Notes under the pieces: model-generated | Told to the model about the DNA's origin: nothing | Seen by the model: the letters and a program-made list of their open reading frames with translations, nothing else | Databases searched by the model: none | Part shown: positions 13,482 through 26,339 of the stretch, piece by piece | Position numbering within the stretch: position 1 is the first letter of the stretch | Layout: each line of letters starts with the position of its first letter | Made by a program: the position numbers and the translations under genes | Source of the DNA: Microthyrium microscopicum | Lineage: Eukaryota | Direction: 5' to 3' | DNA length: 64,000 nt | Assembly (NCBI GenBank): GCA_010405405.1 | Contig: MU004237.1 | Span: 1,375,345 to 1,439,344, forward strand

Positions 13482-14861
13482 CCTTCTAATAGTAGTAGTA
13501 TTAGACTATATAGTATTTAATAGGTTATTAAGACCGTTAAATAAGAAAGTAGCAGTTATTACATTTAGAAAGAACTAGTCGTTAGCAACCTACTCCTTAG
13601 CAGTAAATAAGGTAGCTTTACCCTTTAGGGGTCCTTCTACTTAATAAGGAAGCTTTAATCTATACCTATAGTAGAAGTCCCTTAGGGCTAGTTAGTTCCT
13701 TAAAATAAATTATAGCTACTATCTATAGGTAGACTAGCGGGTCTAAACTATAATATAGAAGACGCATTTACGTTTATACTAGTACATTTAGTAATTACAA
13801 AGCAACCTAAGTTATTTATAAGCCTTTAAGAACCTATAAACTAGGAGTCTTACCTTCCTAAAGAGACGTTTAAAGTAGGGTAGCTTAATAATATCCCTAA
13901 TTAGTAGTTATAACCTATAGGCTTTATATAGAACTATAAAGATATGCTTAAACCCTAGCTACTTCTTAATTAGGTAATATAGCTTCCTCATTTAGGCAAG
14001 GGTATTAGTAGCAATAGCTAAATAAGTAGAGGAGGGTAGGTTACAGCTATTAAGAAAGGAAGTAATCTAGCTCGTAACTTCCTTAACTAAAGCTTCTAAA
14101 GTCTAGTCCCTACCTTCCTAGTAGTAGGATCCTAGGTAGAAAGACCCTACGCTAGTACTATTTATATATAAATTTAATATTTATTCTTAGCCCTAATTGC
14201 TTAATTTATTAGTAACAAAGGTAAAGTATTTCTACCTACCTAGTACGGTATAGACCTTCTTTATTATCTCTTAGTATTACTAATCTAGAAGAGGGCCTGC
14301 TAGGTCGCTAAAGGTAGGTAGCTATAATTATAAGTAAATAGTATAGAAAGCTTTAGCTAGTTCCTTCCTTAAAGAGAAGGAGTTAAAGAATAGATTATTA
14401 ATAAATACGCCCTTAGCGATATTACTCTTAAAGTATAGTTATGAGCTTAAGGAGATACTAATATACTATTCTTACTTAACGTAGAATATAGTACTAGCAA
14501 ATAAGGATCCTTCTACTATAGAGGAAAGCTTCTAGTTCTAAAGCTTCTTTTTATAGTATTCTTTACTCTCTTTATACTTACTATATTCATTTAAATAGCC
14601 CTAGTGTTAAGTAGGAGCGTAGGCGCGTTTAGCTTTATAGAAAGTATAGACACATATACCTACTTGTTTAAGAGGGTCGTAGGGAGGCATAAGCTAGTCG
14701 TACTTAAGGTTTCTAAGTCTTCCTATAGTCGTAGTTACTAAATAAAATAATAGTAGTTACTATAGAGAGAAGGTATAATTTATAAAGAAGGAAGTAATAG
14801 GGGTAAATACTTAGGTAGTAATTACTTAATCTAGTAGTAACGCACGGGCCTACTTAAACTA
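13482..14861 (-). mobile_element. hAT-superfamily DNA transposon (5' half), RIP-inactivated
   Basis: De-RIPed minus-strand translation gives hAT transposase motifs: FTFVT(D)(E) at ~14205-14225 (first catalytic Asp), AIAT(D)T..MRKL, (C)(E)A(H)(G)L(Q)LLI CxxH motif at ~13903-13930, and TR(W)ST at ~13730. RIP signature stops at 14861, where the minus strand begins TAG (RIPed CAG, the usual hAT terminus). Confidence 0.75.
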
Positions 14862-15574
14862 GCATGCGCCACTGCATGCCAATTAGCATGCCTTTTATGG
14901 TGTTGGCGCCAATTATGCGAACCCTGCATGGTGGTACAACATATTCCGGCGGCATGCAGTTGCGAGGTCGGGTATGCAGCATTGAGCCAGAGCCACTCAT
15001 GTCACACTTGCCCTTGTCATTGCTGTTGCAACCTCCCGGATTCGTTTGTTGTCCCAAATTCTTTGGGGGAATTATCATTGATAACTTTTTGAATAATCTG
15101 GGGAAATATCAAGCTTTGCTGCTTTTAGCATTGGCGAATGGGCCGTGTCGCCACGCTTTAGCCCAATGGGTCATAGTTCAACTGCAATATTGGAGCGGAC
15201 GCTCCTTCCTAAGCCTTCTTTGATGTCACTGGTTTACTTTGGTGGTGGCTGCCTTTTAGTGCAGGGTGTTGAACTTTTAGCTGTCGTGCTTTGACTTACG
15301 AATGTGCTGCGGCGGCTTCCCAACGACCCAAACATGGGAAAGTGGACCTTTCTTTCTCGACGAATTGGCAAGCGTTCTCAGCCAATTCGGCCGCAATTTC
15401 CAATCGCGTCGGTCGTCGCTGCCAGCTTGAGTTGGCCAGGCTTTGCTTAGCACGTCCTTAAAGCTCCTTGTCCTCGTCTTCTTCTCCATCTTCTTTCTCC
15501 ATCAACCCAATTCATCAACTTTACACTTTTAATCAATCAGCTCTTCCATTCAACCAATTCAATCCACCATCAAA

Positions 15575-16241
15575 ATGAAGTACACTGCTGTCATCATTGC
15601 TTCCCTCGGCATGGCCTCTGCCGCCATGTTCGAAAAGCGCGCCGTTGACCCGTAAGCTGATCCCAAACAATCAATGCTCATTCAAAACATCATCAATTGA
15701 CTCTTCTCCAGTGCTCAGGCTACCGCCTCTCTCTTCGCCGCTCTCCCATCTTCCCTCCAGGCCTTGGCCTTGACCAACCAACCATCGGCCGCTGCCGTCA
15801 TCTCCTCTGAGCTCTCTGGAGGAAGCGCTCCAGGTGAGAAACACACAATCGAGGCATTCTGACCATTTCTAACAATCAATTAGCTTGGTTCTCTTCCCTC
15901 CCAGCTGAGGTCCAGACCTACTTCATCACCCAGGGTGCTGCTGCTACTGCTGGTGCCAGCGCTGCTGCTTCCGTCGGTGCCTCCGCCAGCTGTAAGTCTT
16001 CTTCCAAGTCTTCATCGAAGCCCCTCAATTCTAATTACTTCCAGCTGCCATCGCTTCCATCACCAAGGGTGCTTCCAGCGCCATCGCCTCTGCCACTAGC
16101 GGTGCTGCCAAGAGCGCTACCGCCTCCGGCTCTGGATCTGCTGCTTCCAGCTCCTCTTCCGGATCTGGTGCCGCCCCAACTGGCGTCATTGGTGCTGGCA
16201 TTGCCGGTGCCATCGGCCTCGTTGGTATGCTCGCCCTATAA
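15575..16241 (+). CDS. Small secreted Ser/Ala-rich, probably GPI-anchored cell-wall protein (4 exons; not in the ORF track)
   Basis: MKYTAVIIASLGMASA signal peptide, EKR Kex2-type site, three canonical GT..AG introns, PAWFSSLPAEVQTYF motif, Ser/Ala tract, hydrophobic C-terminus (GAAPTGVIGAGIAGAIGLVGMLAL*). Strong codon bias. Confidence 0.9.
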
Positions 16242-16644
16242 GCGATCTACAACACTGTGGGGGAAACGGGTTGGTCTAGGTTGGCTACATCCAGTCTTAG
16301 GCTCATCTGCGTATTGGTCCGTTTGAACAAAAGTGATTCTGGTCTTTGTTGCTTGTAGTTGCAGGTAACGAGATAGGATCAGGTTAATACCATTATAATA
16401 CCGTTCAATTGCTTGTCTTCTGTGAGACTGTGATCAATTAATTGGTCGGTCCGAGCGCCTTGTGCATGCGACCCTATTACTAGCCTACTAATGGAACAAC
16501 TCTGACATCGCCTCTCACTTTCGACAGTCTCGAACACACCGTGAACAACTTAACGTTTCTCTTACGCCGCGTATGGGGATTTGGGAGCCATTGCGTTCTC
16601 AAAAACGCGTCGATGCCACGAAATGCACTTTTTCCGGAACCCTA

Positions 16645-16883
16645 CCGTAAAGATCGATTCTCACGGGTTCTAGGTCCCCAGTGAGGGTGCTGGGTTTTGC
16701 CAGATGGCTTGTGGGGCGTCCAAGAGGCGTCCAAAATGTGTTAAAACTAAACTTATTATAGCTAAGTGACAGTCAAAGCAAGCACTTCAACGCCCCGTTT
16801 TCAAAATGTGGTATAGAAATTGAGAATTGTGAAGCCACAAAAAACGCCAAATAGCTAGAACCCGTGAGAATCGATCTTTACGG
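16645..16883. mobile_element. 239-bp MITE (Tc1/mariner-pogo type)
   Basis: Perfect 29-bp terminal inverted repeats CCGTAAAGATCGATTCTCACGGGTTCTAG (16645-16673 and 16855-16883), flanked by TA on both sides; no ORF. Confidence 0.9.
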
Positions 16884-17584
16884 TATGTGCATTGCAGCTT
16901 GCATCACGCTATACTTACCCGTCGGCCTAATCCAGATCCAACCAGTTTAAACGGCGTGTTCTGATTGGACAGATGCTTCACGATATAAGGCTCTTGCCAT
17001 GTCCACAACATTGAAGTAACTGTTACACTCAATTTTGTCAAGTATGAGTTTACAAAACTACTACACTTCAGCACCGAAAGCTTTCTTCGCTCACGGTTCG
17101 CATCGAATCTATGACTCTCCATTTACCACGCCGGGAAACGAAGCATTATTCCATTCTCAAGTAACGTTGGCGATGGTTTTTGAGCCGCGCTCTGCGCTAG
17201 CCAAGAAAACATCTATCAGAATTCTCATTGTATTGAATGGCCGTACAATAGCTGCTACCTAGAATCGTGGCGGCCAAGTCATTTTCAGTCTCATTGCAAG
17301 CAATGATAAACGATATCAAGTGTCCGATTGGCTCCCTTCTAGGCTCCCATTATGGCTGCAGTGGCTGCCAAGTGTCGAAGGAGCATATTCTCGGCGAGTT
17401 TTCTTGGTATTTTGATTCGTAGAGATAATAAGTAGAATAGAGAATGTTTGGTGGGTCTAGCGGGTATTCAAATAAGGTGTATATGCTGGTCTACTATGGA
17501 AACGGCCTTTGACCATAAACTAATTCGTTCATCTCTTCTTTCTTGCCAATCACTATTCAAAAGAACTTTCTCCAATTCTCCAAC

Positions 17585-18478
17585 ATGGTGGTCGCGGATA
17601 CTCTCTCCCTTGCCGGCAAAGTCGCCATTGTCACCGGCTCAGGTCGTGAAAACGGCATTGGCGCAGCGATTGCCACAACATTAGCTCGAAACGGCGCATC
17701 AGTGGTCATCCACTACGTCTCCTCCACCTCTACTGCTCGTGCCGAAAACGTAGCCAACAACATAACCCGCACCGGCGGAAAAGCGATTGTGGTTCGCGCC
17801 GATCTATCAACGCTTGAAGGAGCGCAAAAGCTCACTGAAGAAACGCTGAAGGGATTCGAGACTGACAAGATTGATATACTGGGTATCCACAACTTATTCC
17901 CTTCTTGAGCGCTATTGTTAATATGGTTCAATGATAGTGAATAATGCAGGCTACGGCAACATTCACAGCACCTTGGACGTTCCCATCGAAGATATTCATA
18001 AAATCGTTGGCATAAATCTCTACGGTCCCTTCTACCTAAACAGAACCGTCGTTCCCCATATGCCTCACGGCGGCCGCATTATCAATATTAGTTCCATTGT
18101 ATCAAAAGTTGGACCTGGCAGTATGCCAGTGTACGGTGCAACAAAAGCCGCATTGGACAATTTGACGTATTCTTGGGCAGAAGAGGTAAGTCTCCAAACC
18201 AGTCCCCAAAATGATACGGTTTTGACGATGATGAGTAGTTTGGAAAATCGAGAGGCATCACTGTCAACTCGATTGCGCCTGGTTTTGTCGCGACTGATCT
18301 AACGGAAGATCTTGTCAAAGTCGATAGTGTCTTGAAGGGAATAATGGCTACGACGAGAGCGGCTGATAGGATAGGTACGACGGAGGATGTTGCTGATGCG
18401 GTTTTACTGTTGGTTTCGGAGAAAAGTCGATGGATTACTGGGCAGTGGATTAGTGTTAGTGGTGGGATGACTGGGTGA
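17585..18478 (+). CDS. Short-chain dehydrogenase/reductase (FabG-like), 3 exons
   Basis: GKVAIVTGSGRENGIG Rossmann motif, (V)NNAG, catalytic YGATK, C-terminal SRWITGQWISVSGG; two GT-AG introns. Confidence 0.93.
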
Positions 18479-18735
18479 TTGTGATCAGTATGAAATTTAG
18501 AGTTTTTCTTGTTTGGCTGTGAAATTGATCAATGAAAGAAGGAATTTGATTTGATCGTTAGTTACCTAGCTTTACTCGTATTTGTTTGTTACTTCGGAGG
18601 CTACAAGCTCATTGATTCGAAACAGGCCATGCGCTTCAAACTCTGATATCCTCAATCCGCTTTCGACGATCAGATTCGCTGATTTCCACCTCCAAAGGCT
18701 ACTCTGCAAATGCTAGATAAGCTTTAGTCTTTACA

Positions 18736-20171
18736 TCAGACATCCTGTCTTTCATTCCCCCCAGAAGCAGAATAGCGCATTTCCGCCATATTGAACTCAA
18801 CTGCGCCCACGTCATGATTAACCTGGCTCTTACTGCTGGACTGAGTGAGATTCAGTCCTGCTGAAAGTCTTCTCGCCAACGCTGATCTCGCAGAGTTACT
18901 GCTAGAATCTCGAATGGAAATACCTGAACTGTTCTTCCGACGTCTTCCAGTACATGTGTCTGCCAAAGCTATGAACAGGGGGCGGAAGGTTACTACACAG
19001 CCGCCAATGATGTAGGCTACGACTTCTGCTTGGTTGAATGTTACTGCAATGGAGACGTCGTCTGCATGGATATGATATTAGTTGATGAGATGTGGGAAGA
19101 TAAGGAAAGGAGGAGAGTATTGAAGGCTTACATTGTATTGATTGTACATCACCCCAAGACCCGCCATCCGCTTGTATCCTAAAATCGGTAAAGTAAATCT
19201 TCGCAACAGCGAAAGCGCATCCCCTACCCACAGATTAATAAATGTCGCACTAAGAAACCAACAATGCCCGGCGGAACTGCCAGTTACTTACGCCAGAGAA
19301 AATCCAATAAAAAACGCAATCGAAACCTTCTGTTTCTTATCCAACATCTCCGAAAACATCATGAAAATCGACAAAACCGACATGATCACATCCACTCCTA
19401 CATTAGTGTACACTGACAGCCCGAAAACTAACTGCACAAACTGTTTGGTGGGGATTTTTGGATATCCTAGACACACGCCGGTGAATTCGTAGAGGATGGA
19501 GTTGCGTGGACTACCGCATGTGATGAGGTAGAATAGGCCTGATATGCTGTTGGCTAGAATGGTCACTGCTGTTATGATGTACATCACTGCACGTTGCCAT
19601 TTTGATACTATGAGCTAGAGATTGGGCCAGGAGTGTGAGAAAACTTTGTGATGCGTGTTTGCCTGATGGGGGTGAGATAACTTACTCTGAGGAGAAAACA
19701 GGCAATTGAAACTTTGACGCAGATTGTGGCTGCGATTACCAATACGGCGGAGACAACGTATATCTGTGCGAGTTGTATTAGCCAATGAAGCTTAAAGAAT
19801 CGCAATACACGATAAAGGTACTTCGGAGGAGATATGACATACGACGACCAATTCATTCATGAAGGCCATTATTTGACCACCAAGTATCAGCGCCAACAGC
19901 TTTGACGTTGTTACAGTCGCAGCTGTAAATATGAGCTTGTTTGTTATCAGTTCAAACTCTTAACGGTGGAAATTCTTGGGAGAGTACGAACCAGAGATGC
20001 GAACATGAAATAATCATCAAGGCCGTAAACTTTGTAGTAATGGGCCCTTACGATGAATCGAATGGCAACGAAAAGCCATACTAGAATGCCGAATGCTATT
20101 TGCGTTTGAATTGAAGGGTCATGAAGTGGTACGAATTGCGACTTTCGCTCTGTTGAGCGACGGAGGTTCAT
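18736..20171 (-). CDS. PTH11-like (fungal rhodopsin-domain) integral membrane protein without CFEM; multi-exon
   Basis: FVAIRFIVR..YGLDDYFM, VKVSIACFLLR, NVGVDVIMSVL..M..KQKVSI segments across several exons; Ser/Arg-rich tail. Exon boundaries approximate. Confidence 0.8.
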
Positions 20172-20721
20172 GGTGTGATGTAGGATCTAACAATCCAGGG
20201 GTATACGATGAGAACACGGAGCCGAGTAGAGATTGCTGGATAGAGGTGAGCAGAAAAGGGTATGTTGCGCTAGGATGTTGCAGTAACTATCAACTCATAG
20301 AAACACAACGAGCAACGAGATCGTGAGATTTGGCCTCAAAAGGTTCATGAATTGGTGTTGACTATCAAAATATGTCCTGGACGTGGGAGGTTGAGGCGAA
20401 TTTCATTCACTGGTACGACTCCTGAAGGCTTGGGTTGCTCCAATCGGCTCTTCAGTATCCTCTAGAGTAGAAGTTGTACATTGCGATGTATGATGGTACA
20501 CTAGAGTATAGACAGCCTTGACTGGATATCAGATAACACAAGGCCAGCCGAAACACCGTAAACTTGTTGGAAAAGGCATTTGCTATGTCTTGAAAGAAAC
20601 CAGCATATTCATTATTTCAATAATTACCCAACTTAATTATTTGTCCATCAACGAACTCTTTAGCATTGAATGATCGCTCAAAAATCTCGCCAAACCAAAT
20701 TAGCCACAGAGTACAAATACT

Positions 20722-21672
20722 CTAAAGCCATCGCTTAAACCAATCCAAAACCTGCGCCAGCGAGTCCTCCAGACACTTCCTCTCCTCTGGATCATCAGGA
20801 TTACCCCTAACAGAAAAACCATGTCTACCCGGCTTATACACCTAATAACTGTCAGCTCCAAACCATCTATATCGATGCAGAAACCACATACCTTATGTTC
20901 CATTTCCGGCACTTTCCTCCCAGCCTTGATCTCTCTCTTCGTAATCTCCTCCACCTTCGCCTTCGTCTCAATCTTCACCCCCTGATCCTCCAATCCCCAA
21001 CCAATACCGACCGGCACCACCAACTTCTCCGCATCAGCAGGCAATTCTAGGTTGCTTGGATGAAGCGCTACAACAGCGTCTACTAAAGGCACTTTGATGC
21101 CATCTTTCTGTATCATTTGGCTTTCCATCGCCGCACGAATCGCATATCGACCTCCCCAACACGTTCCAACAATACCAATCTTCTGCTCTTTTGGCGTCGC
21201 GCGTCTCAAAGCGCCTAGAAAGTCCATGCAGATCTTATCGGTTGCTGCGAATTTATGTCGAGTCATCCACATGATGAACGTTGGCGCACCAGCTAACATG
21301 CCTGTGTACTTGCTCAGACTACTTTGTTTCTTAGCATCGACGGGAATGAGGACGTCCGCGACTTTAAGTGGGACGGGATCGCCTTTGAAGAAGTCGGGGA
21401 GGTAGACGAGATATTCACCAGACTTGGCGTAAGCGTCGGCGAGGAGTTTGTTGTTGGGGAGTAGGAGGCCGAAGATGTCAGAGTATAAGACTATGGTGGC
21501 ACGGGGATTGGTCCGGTTGCCGACGACATAGGTGTTTAGGCCATGGATTAGTTCTTCTTTGCCGGTGGGCTGGCCTGCGTGGATGGTGCCCTGAGGTATT
21601 GTTAATTGGGAGTTGGAACTAGAGGCTTTGGAAAGTATGGACCTTGATGCATTCTTCGCATGGAGCGCTCAT
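20722..21672 (-). CDS. Dienelactone hydrolase family alpha/beta hydrolase, 3 exons
   Basis: MSAPCEECIK/GTIHAGQPTG N-terminus, SDIFG, VYLPDFFKGDP, nucleophile GTCWGG, catalytic HGFSVRG in the last exon. Confidence 0.9.
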
Positions 21673-22362
21673 GGTGAGGGTTTGGAGTGAGATTGGTTGT
21701 GAGGGATCTTTTGTGGTGAGTTAGGATCTTGTAGGTTGATGAATACGTTTCTTTGCTTACTGCTTCTTCGGCTGATATAAAGATTTAAGGTTGGTCGGGT
21801 TTGGGCTAACTCAATGAGATGTTACGGAGTAGTTGATTTCAGTTCTGTATTCCACAAGAGTCTTCGAGCAATTGATGGAACTAGCTGGATGGATATGTGG
21901 ATGGGTGGTAGTTGTCCAATTCAGATCTTCTCATCATGGGCAAGGGAGCATTTTATCTCCAGAAAGACCCATGTCTTCTATGTATCAATTGTGGGTGTAA
22001 GTTGGGGGCCTGGTGGTTATCATGCATCCGGACACCATTCGGCAAGATCATCCCCTCTGCCAATACAAGCATTGAAGATGTATCAAAAGGTTCAAAGTAC
22101 ATACTGTCCGATCATTTGGCGAATGTAACAAGGGGAAGAAGATATTCTGGGACTTGCCGTCCAGCAAGCCCACAAGCTGGTTGCCAATCAGCGGGGGAAA
22201 CGTCCCACATGGAGGCTCGCTTACGGAGATTTAGATAGCAGAACCACCTTCAACGAGAATCTTTCCACTTGCCGACACGCCCGACAGGCAGACACTCAAA
22301 AATATAGATCACTAAGCAAGAGCCTACCTAGTCTCGGTGCAAATTACCTTGAAGGAAAAGGC

Positions 22363-25312
22363 ATGTCGCTGGTTCCAGACGTGACAGTCTCCATGGCAGG
22401 CTCGGCTTCTCCCTCCGAAAAAAGCGCGAGCTCTCCTGCCTTCGCGTCCACGCCAGCATCAACCACCACATCAGTCACCCAGGCCGCCCCAAAAAAACGC
22501 AGCTGTGCAATTTGTAGACGCCGAAAAGTCCGCTGTGACAAGCAGTCACCATGCTCAAACTGCCGTCGCGCAAATATCGCATGTGTCTATCCCGCCACCG
22601 ACCGCCCGCCGAGATGGGCCCGGAGATTGGAGAGACTTTCGAATGAGCAGACGGCTCAAGATGCCGAGCCTGGCGTTGAGAAGATCATGGATCGATTGAG
22701 GACGCTGGAGAACCTTGTCAAGGAGTTGAATGGCCAGCTGGAACAGGCGCAAACGGATGGTTCCTCGAATGGGGCCCCGTCGACAGGCAATTCTCCTGGG
22801 AGCTCTACCCAGGATCGTGATGGAGAGAATCATGCATCTCCGAGTAGTCCTGCTGCTGTGCAGAAACAATTTGGTAGATTGGTTCTCCAAAAGTCGAATC
22901 GTAGCCGCTATGTTAGTACTGGGTTCTGGTCTCGCATCAACGACGAGGTAGGTCGACATTTTTTAGGTCGATCCATTGGTACAAATCGGATGGTTCGCTA
23001 ATCTTTTGAAGCTTGATGGCCTCAAGACAGATACTCGTGAGCTGGAAGGTGATGCGTCTGATAGCTCAGAAGATGAAGCATCGCCTGGAAAATCACCACC
23101 AAGCCAAGAGCTGAACCGGTCTCCTTTAGAACGCAATGCATTTCTATTTCGGAATAACTTGAATCCTGCTTCTGCGGATCTTCACGAGTTTCATCCACTC
23201 CCATCGCAAATTCCGTTTCTCTTGGACATGTTCTCGGAGAACGTGAATTTCCTTTTGCAATCCGTTCATATGCCAACAGCGATCAAATTGATTCGGGATA
23301 TGCGTAGCACTGGTATGACGCACGTTGCACCAAATCATGAAGCCTTATTCTTCTCAATCTACTACGCTGCTATAACCTCCATGGAGGAAGAAGATGTAAG
23401 TTTGCTCTGTTTTATCTCTACCTAAGCTTTGGATCAAGCCACATAGTCTCTCTACTGCTATCTGTTCTGCATCAGGTTTATCCATATCAATTATTCGATT
23501 TGTCCAACTATTAGCGCATATACTCATATCAAGCAGGTGATGACCAATTTCAATTCCTCCAAAGCAGATCTAAGTCTCAAATTCCGAATAGGCCTAGAAC
23601 GAGCCCTCGCAAAAGCCGATTTTCTGAACGCCCCGGACATAGTCCTCGTTCAAGCATTTGCCTTATTTCTCATGCTCGTTCGCCGACACGACAGTCCAAG
23701 ATACGTATGGATGATGACAGGCCTAATCATCCGCATGGCCCAATATCTCGGTCTCCAACGAGACGGCGCTCAGTTCGGCCAACTCACCCCTTATGAAATC
23801 GAGACTCGACGAAAGGTTTGGTGGTGTGTATGCGCATTAGACCTCAGAGCTTCCGAAGACCAAGGTACAGATCTAACGATTGCCATGGACAGCTTTGACA
23901 CTAAAGTACCGCTAAACATCAATGATACTGATATTAGCCCGGAAACGAAAGTCATGCCGGTTGAACGGGAGGGTCTGACAGATATGTCAATGGCACGAAT
24001 TCAGGTTGGTATGATCACACTCATGCGGCAAATCACAGCTAGCGTGAAAGACGGCTCAGCCAGTTTGGACGAGCAAGGCCAGCGCTTAAGCGGCCTCTAC
24101 AAGCAATACGAAGACGGCTATCTTCGATATGCATCCGAGGATGGGAACATCCTTTACTGGGTCGGGGTGACTGTTGCGCGCCTCGTCATGGCTAAAATGA
24201 CTCTCCTAGTCTTCCTCCCCGTTCTTTTCGCGTCGCCCACAAAAACAGATTCAGAACCAAGCGCAGAGTCTACACGCGAAAACTCCATACGCGCCAAATT
24301 ACTAATCGCAGCAATCGAAGTAGCCGAATACAATCACGCACTGAACGATAACCAGCGCTGTCGTAATTGGCGTTGGATATATCAAACATATACTCACTGG
24401 TATGCTATCGTCTACCTTCTCATCGAGACTTGTCGACGGGAATGGTCACCTATCGTGGAACGAGCTTGGACGGTATTGCATAGTTCCTGGTTGATACCTT
24501 CCCATGGAGCCATGGATCGCAAACAGCGTATATGGGTACCACTGCGCAGAATGATGGCCAAGGCGAAACGACACCGGGATGCAGAACTCAACAAATTACG
24601 CGCTGATCCAGACGCTGTGGCTAGATTGGATGCGCAAGATGAAAACGTTCCGTTGCCGACGAGTCCAGAGCCATTCTCAGAATACGATGACTTTCGCTCG
24701 CGATGGCGTCAACTTGTTTCCATGCCCGTCGGAATGGGCTTTGGGACGCCAGCATCACACGGCGCAGCTGACCTACAGGCTTCAAACGATATGAACAGCT
24801 CATCTGCACCATCGAATGCTTCTATTCCAAGCACCATCGACTTCTCCATGAATCAACCATACCAAACTCAGCCATCTTCCTACCAAACCCAACCAGCTCT
24901 CAGCGGATCCTACGATTCTTCCGCACCAGTATATGTCCCAACATATCTCCCCACCACTAACGAAACTCATAACCCCATTCCTAACTTTCAACACGCCACC
25001 AATTCTTCCCTTCCACAAACTCATGGACAGACTGGCGCCCCAACCCACGGTGCTTATTCAGAGCAGGCCAATGATTGGTTCTCAACTGGTGTCGCAGACT
25101 TCAAGGGTACGCCCTGGCTCTGGGGTGACTTTGGCGATGCTGGCATGTCTGATGAAATTGGCATGCCTGAGGGAGTAATCGGTGGTGACCCTGGCCTGAA
25201 TGTTGGTATGGATGGAAATGAAGTGAATATGGAGTCTCCAGATGTGAATTGGTATAATTGGATTGAGTCCGCTAGAGGGATGGAGTTGGATGCGTCTCCG
25301 TGGGTGACTTGA
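22363..25312 (+). CDS. Zn(II)2Cys6 transcription factor with fungal-specific TF domain, 3 exons
   Basis: CAICRRRKVRCDKQSPCSNCRRANIAC cluster, coiled coil, middle-homology region (RMAQYLGLQRDG..ETRRKVWW), acidic C-terminus. The start may be the second Met. Confidence 0.95.
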
Positions 25313-25483
25313 TCACCACGTTTCCATTTGAGAGTAGTATCACAGAAGATTGGTCAAGATGAACAATTCCAAGCCCTTTTCAGATGACCACTGCAAAGTT
25401 CATAACATTCAAGTCAACAATTATTTCGAATATCCAAATAATACAGACATCTCAGTCAAACGAAAATACATGCAGGACCAAAA

Positions 25484-26339
25484 TCAATCATAAACACCCT
25501 TCTGAACCTCTGCCGAACCAAAGCTTACTCGTAAGGAGAGATCATACTCATCGAAATCAACTTCGTCTCTTGTTGGCGTCTTTTCATCCCGTCTTCTTCC
25601 TTCGTAAGCAGGATACACCACATTCGACTCTCTCGCCCGGTACGCTGGCGTCTTCTCATCCCACCTCCTAGGCAAACCAGCAGCTTTATCGTTCCCTTGA
25701 TAAGCAGGCGTCTTTTCAGTCCACGTATGACCGAAAAGACGATAATCCCCACCTGAACCTGCAGGTGCCAGCGGATCCCTCTCCTGGTACGTCGGCGGTC
25801 TATCAAGACCACCCATACCACCTCTGCTAAGACCTCTCGGCATCTCACTCATATCCGGTCTATCCCGCTTTTCTGAAACATAAGCTATAGCGCACGCCAA
25901 AGTCGTGGCAACAAGATTAATCGCTATCCAGAAACTGCAGATAACAGCCATGGTGTACCAGAAGTTGCCACAGGGCCAGGAGTAGTAGGCGTAGGGGCCG
26001 TGGGTGCAGGCAGGTTTTTTGATGGAGAAGTGGGGAGGGATGGTGGTTGTGTTGCTAGTCTCGTTGGCAGTTGGGATAATCGTCGCGTTGCTAGCAAGGG
26101 TGGAGTCTGGCCATTTTACGATTGGGGTAATGGACGATGGCTGCGGTGGGCGGGCTGGTAAGGGGGAGATTGGTAGAGGTGCTGAGATTGGATGTTTGAT
26201 TGGTACTGGTGCTAAGATGGGACACTGAAGAGAGACTACAGGCTTGCTTTATAAGAAGTTGATTTCTGCATATGGGACATGTATGAGGCTTACAGTGAGA
26301 GTGGTGGTGGAAGTTGATTATGCATTTTGGTTGGGTCAT
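25484..26339 (-). CDS. Hypothetical single-pass membrane protein with Pro/Thr-rich N-terminus and a PPxY-containing tail
   Basis: Exon 1 MTQPKCIINFHHHSH plus a GTAAGC..TAG intron joins in frame to a long open frame. N-glycosylation sequons NAT/NET/NTT, one hydrophobic segment, then PPTY and repeated (D/T)EKTP motifs. Confidence 0.6.

Noticed and set aside
1..14861. AT-rich block as organellar DNA, an alternative genetic code, or contamination
   Set aside because: Specific loss of CpA/TpG, excess TpA, recognisable TE motifs and TSDs all indicate RIP-mutated nuclear repeats.
14854..15489. ORFs of 70-119 aa next to the RIP boundary
   Set aside because: No motifs or codon bias; more likely the upstream region of the gene at 15575.
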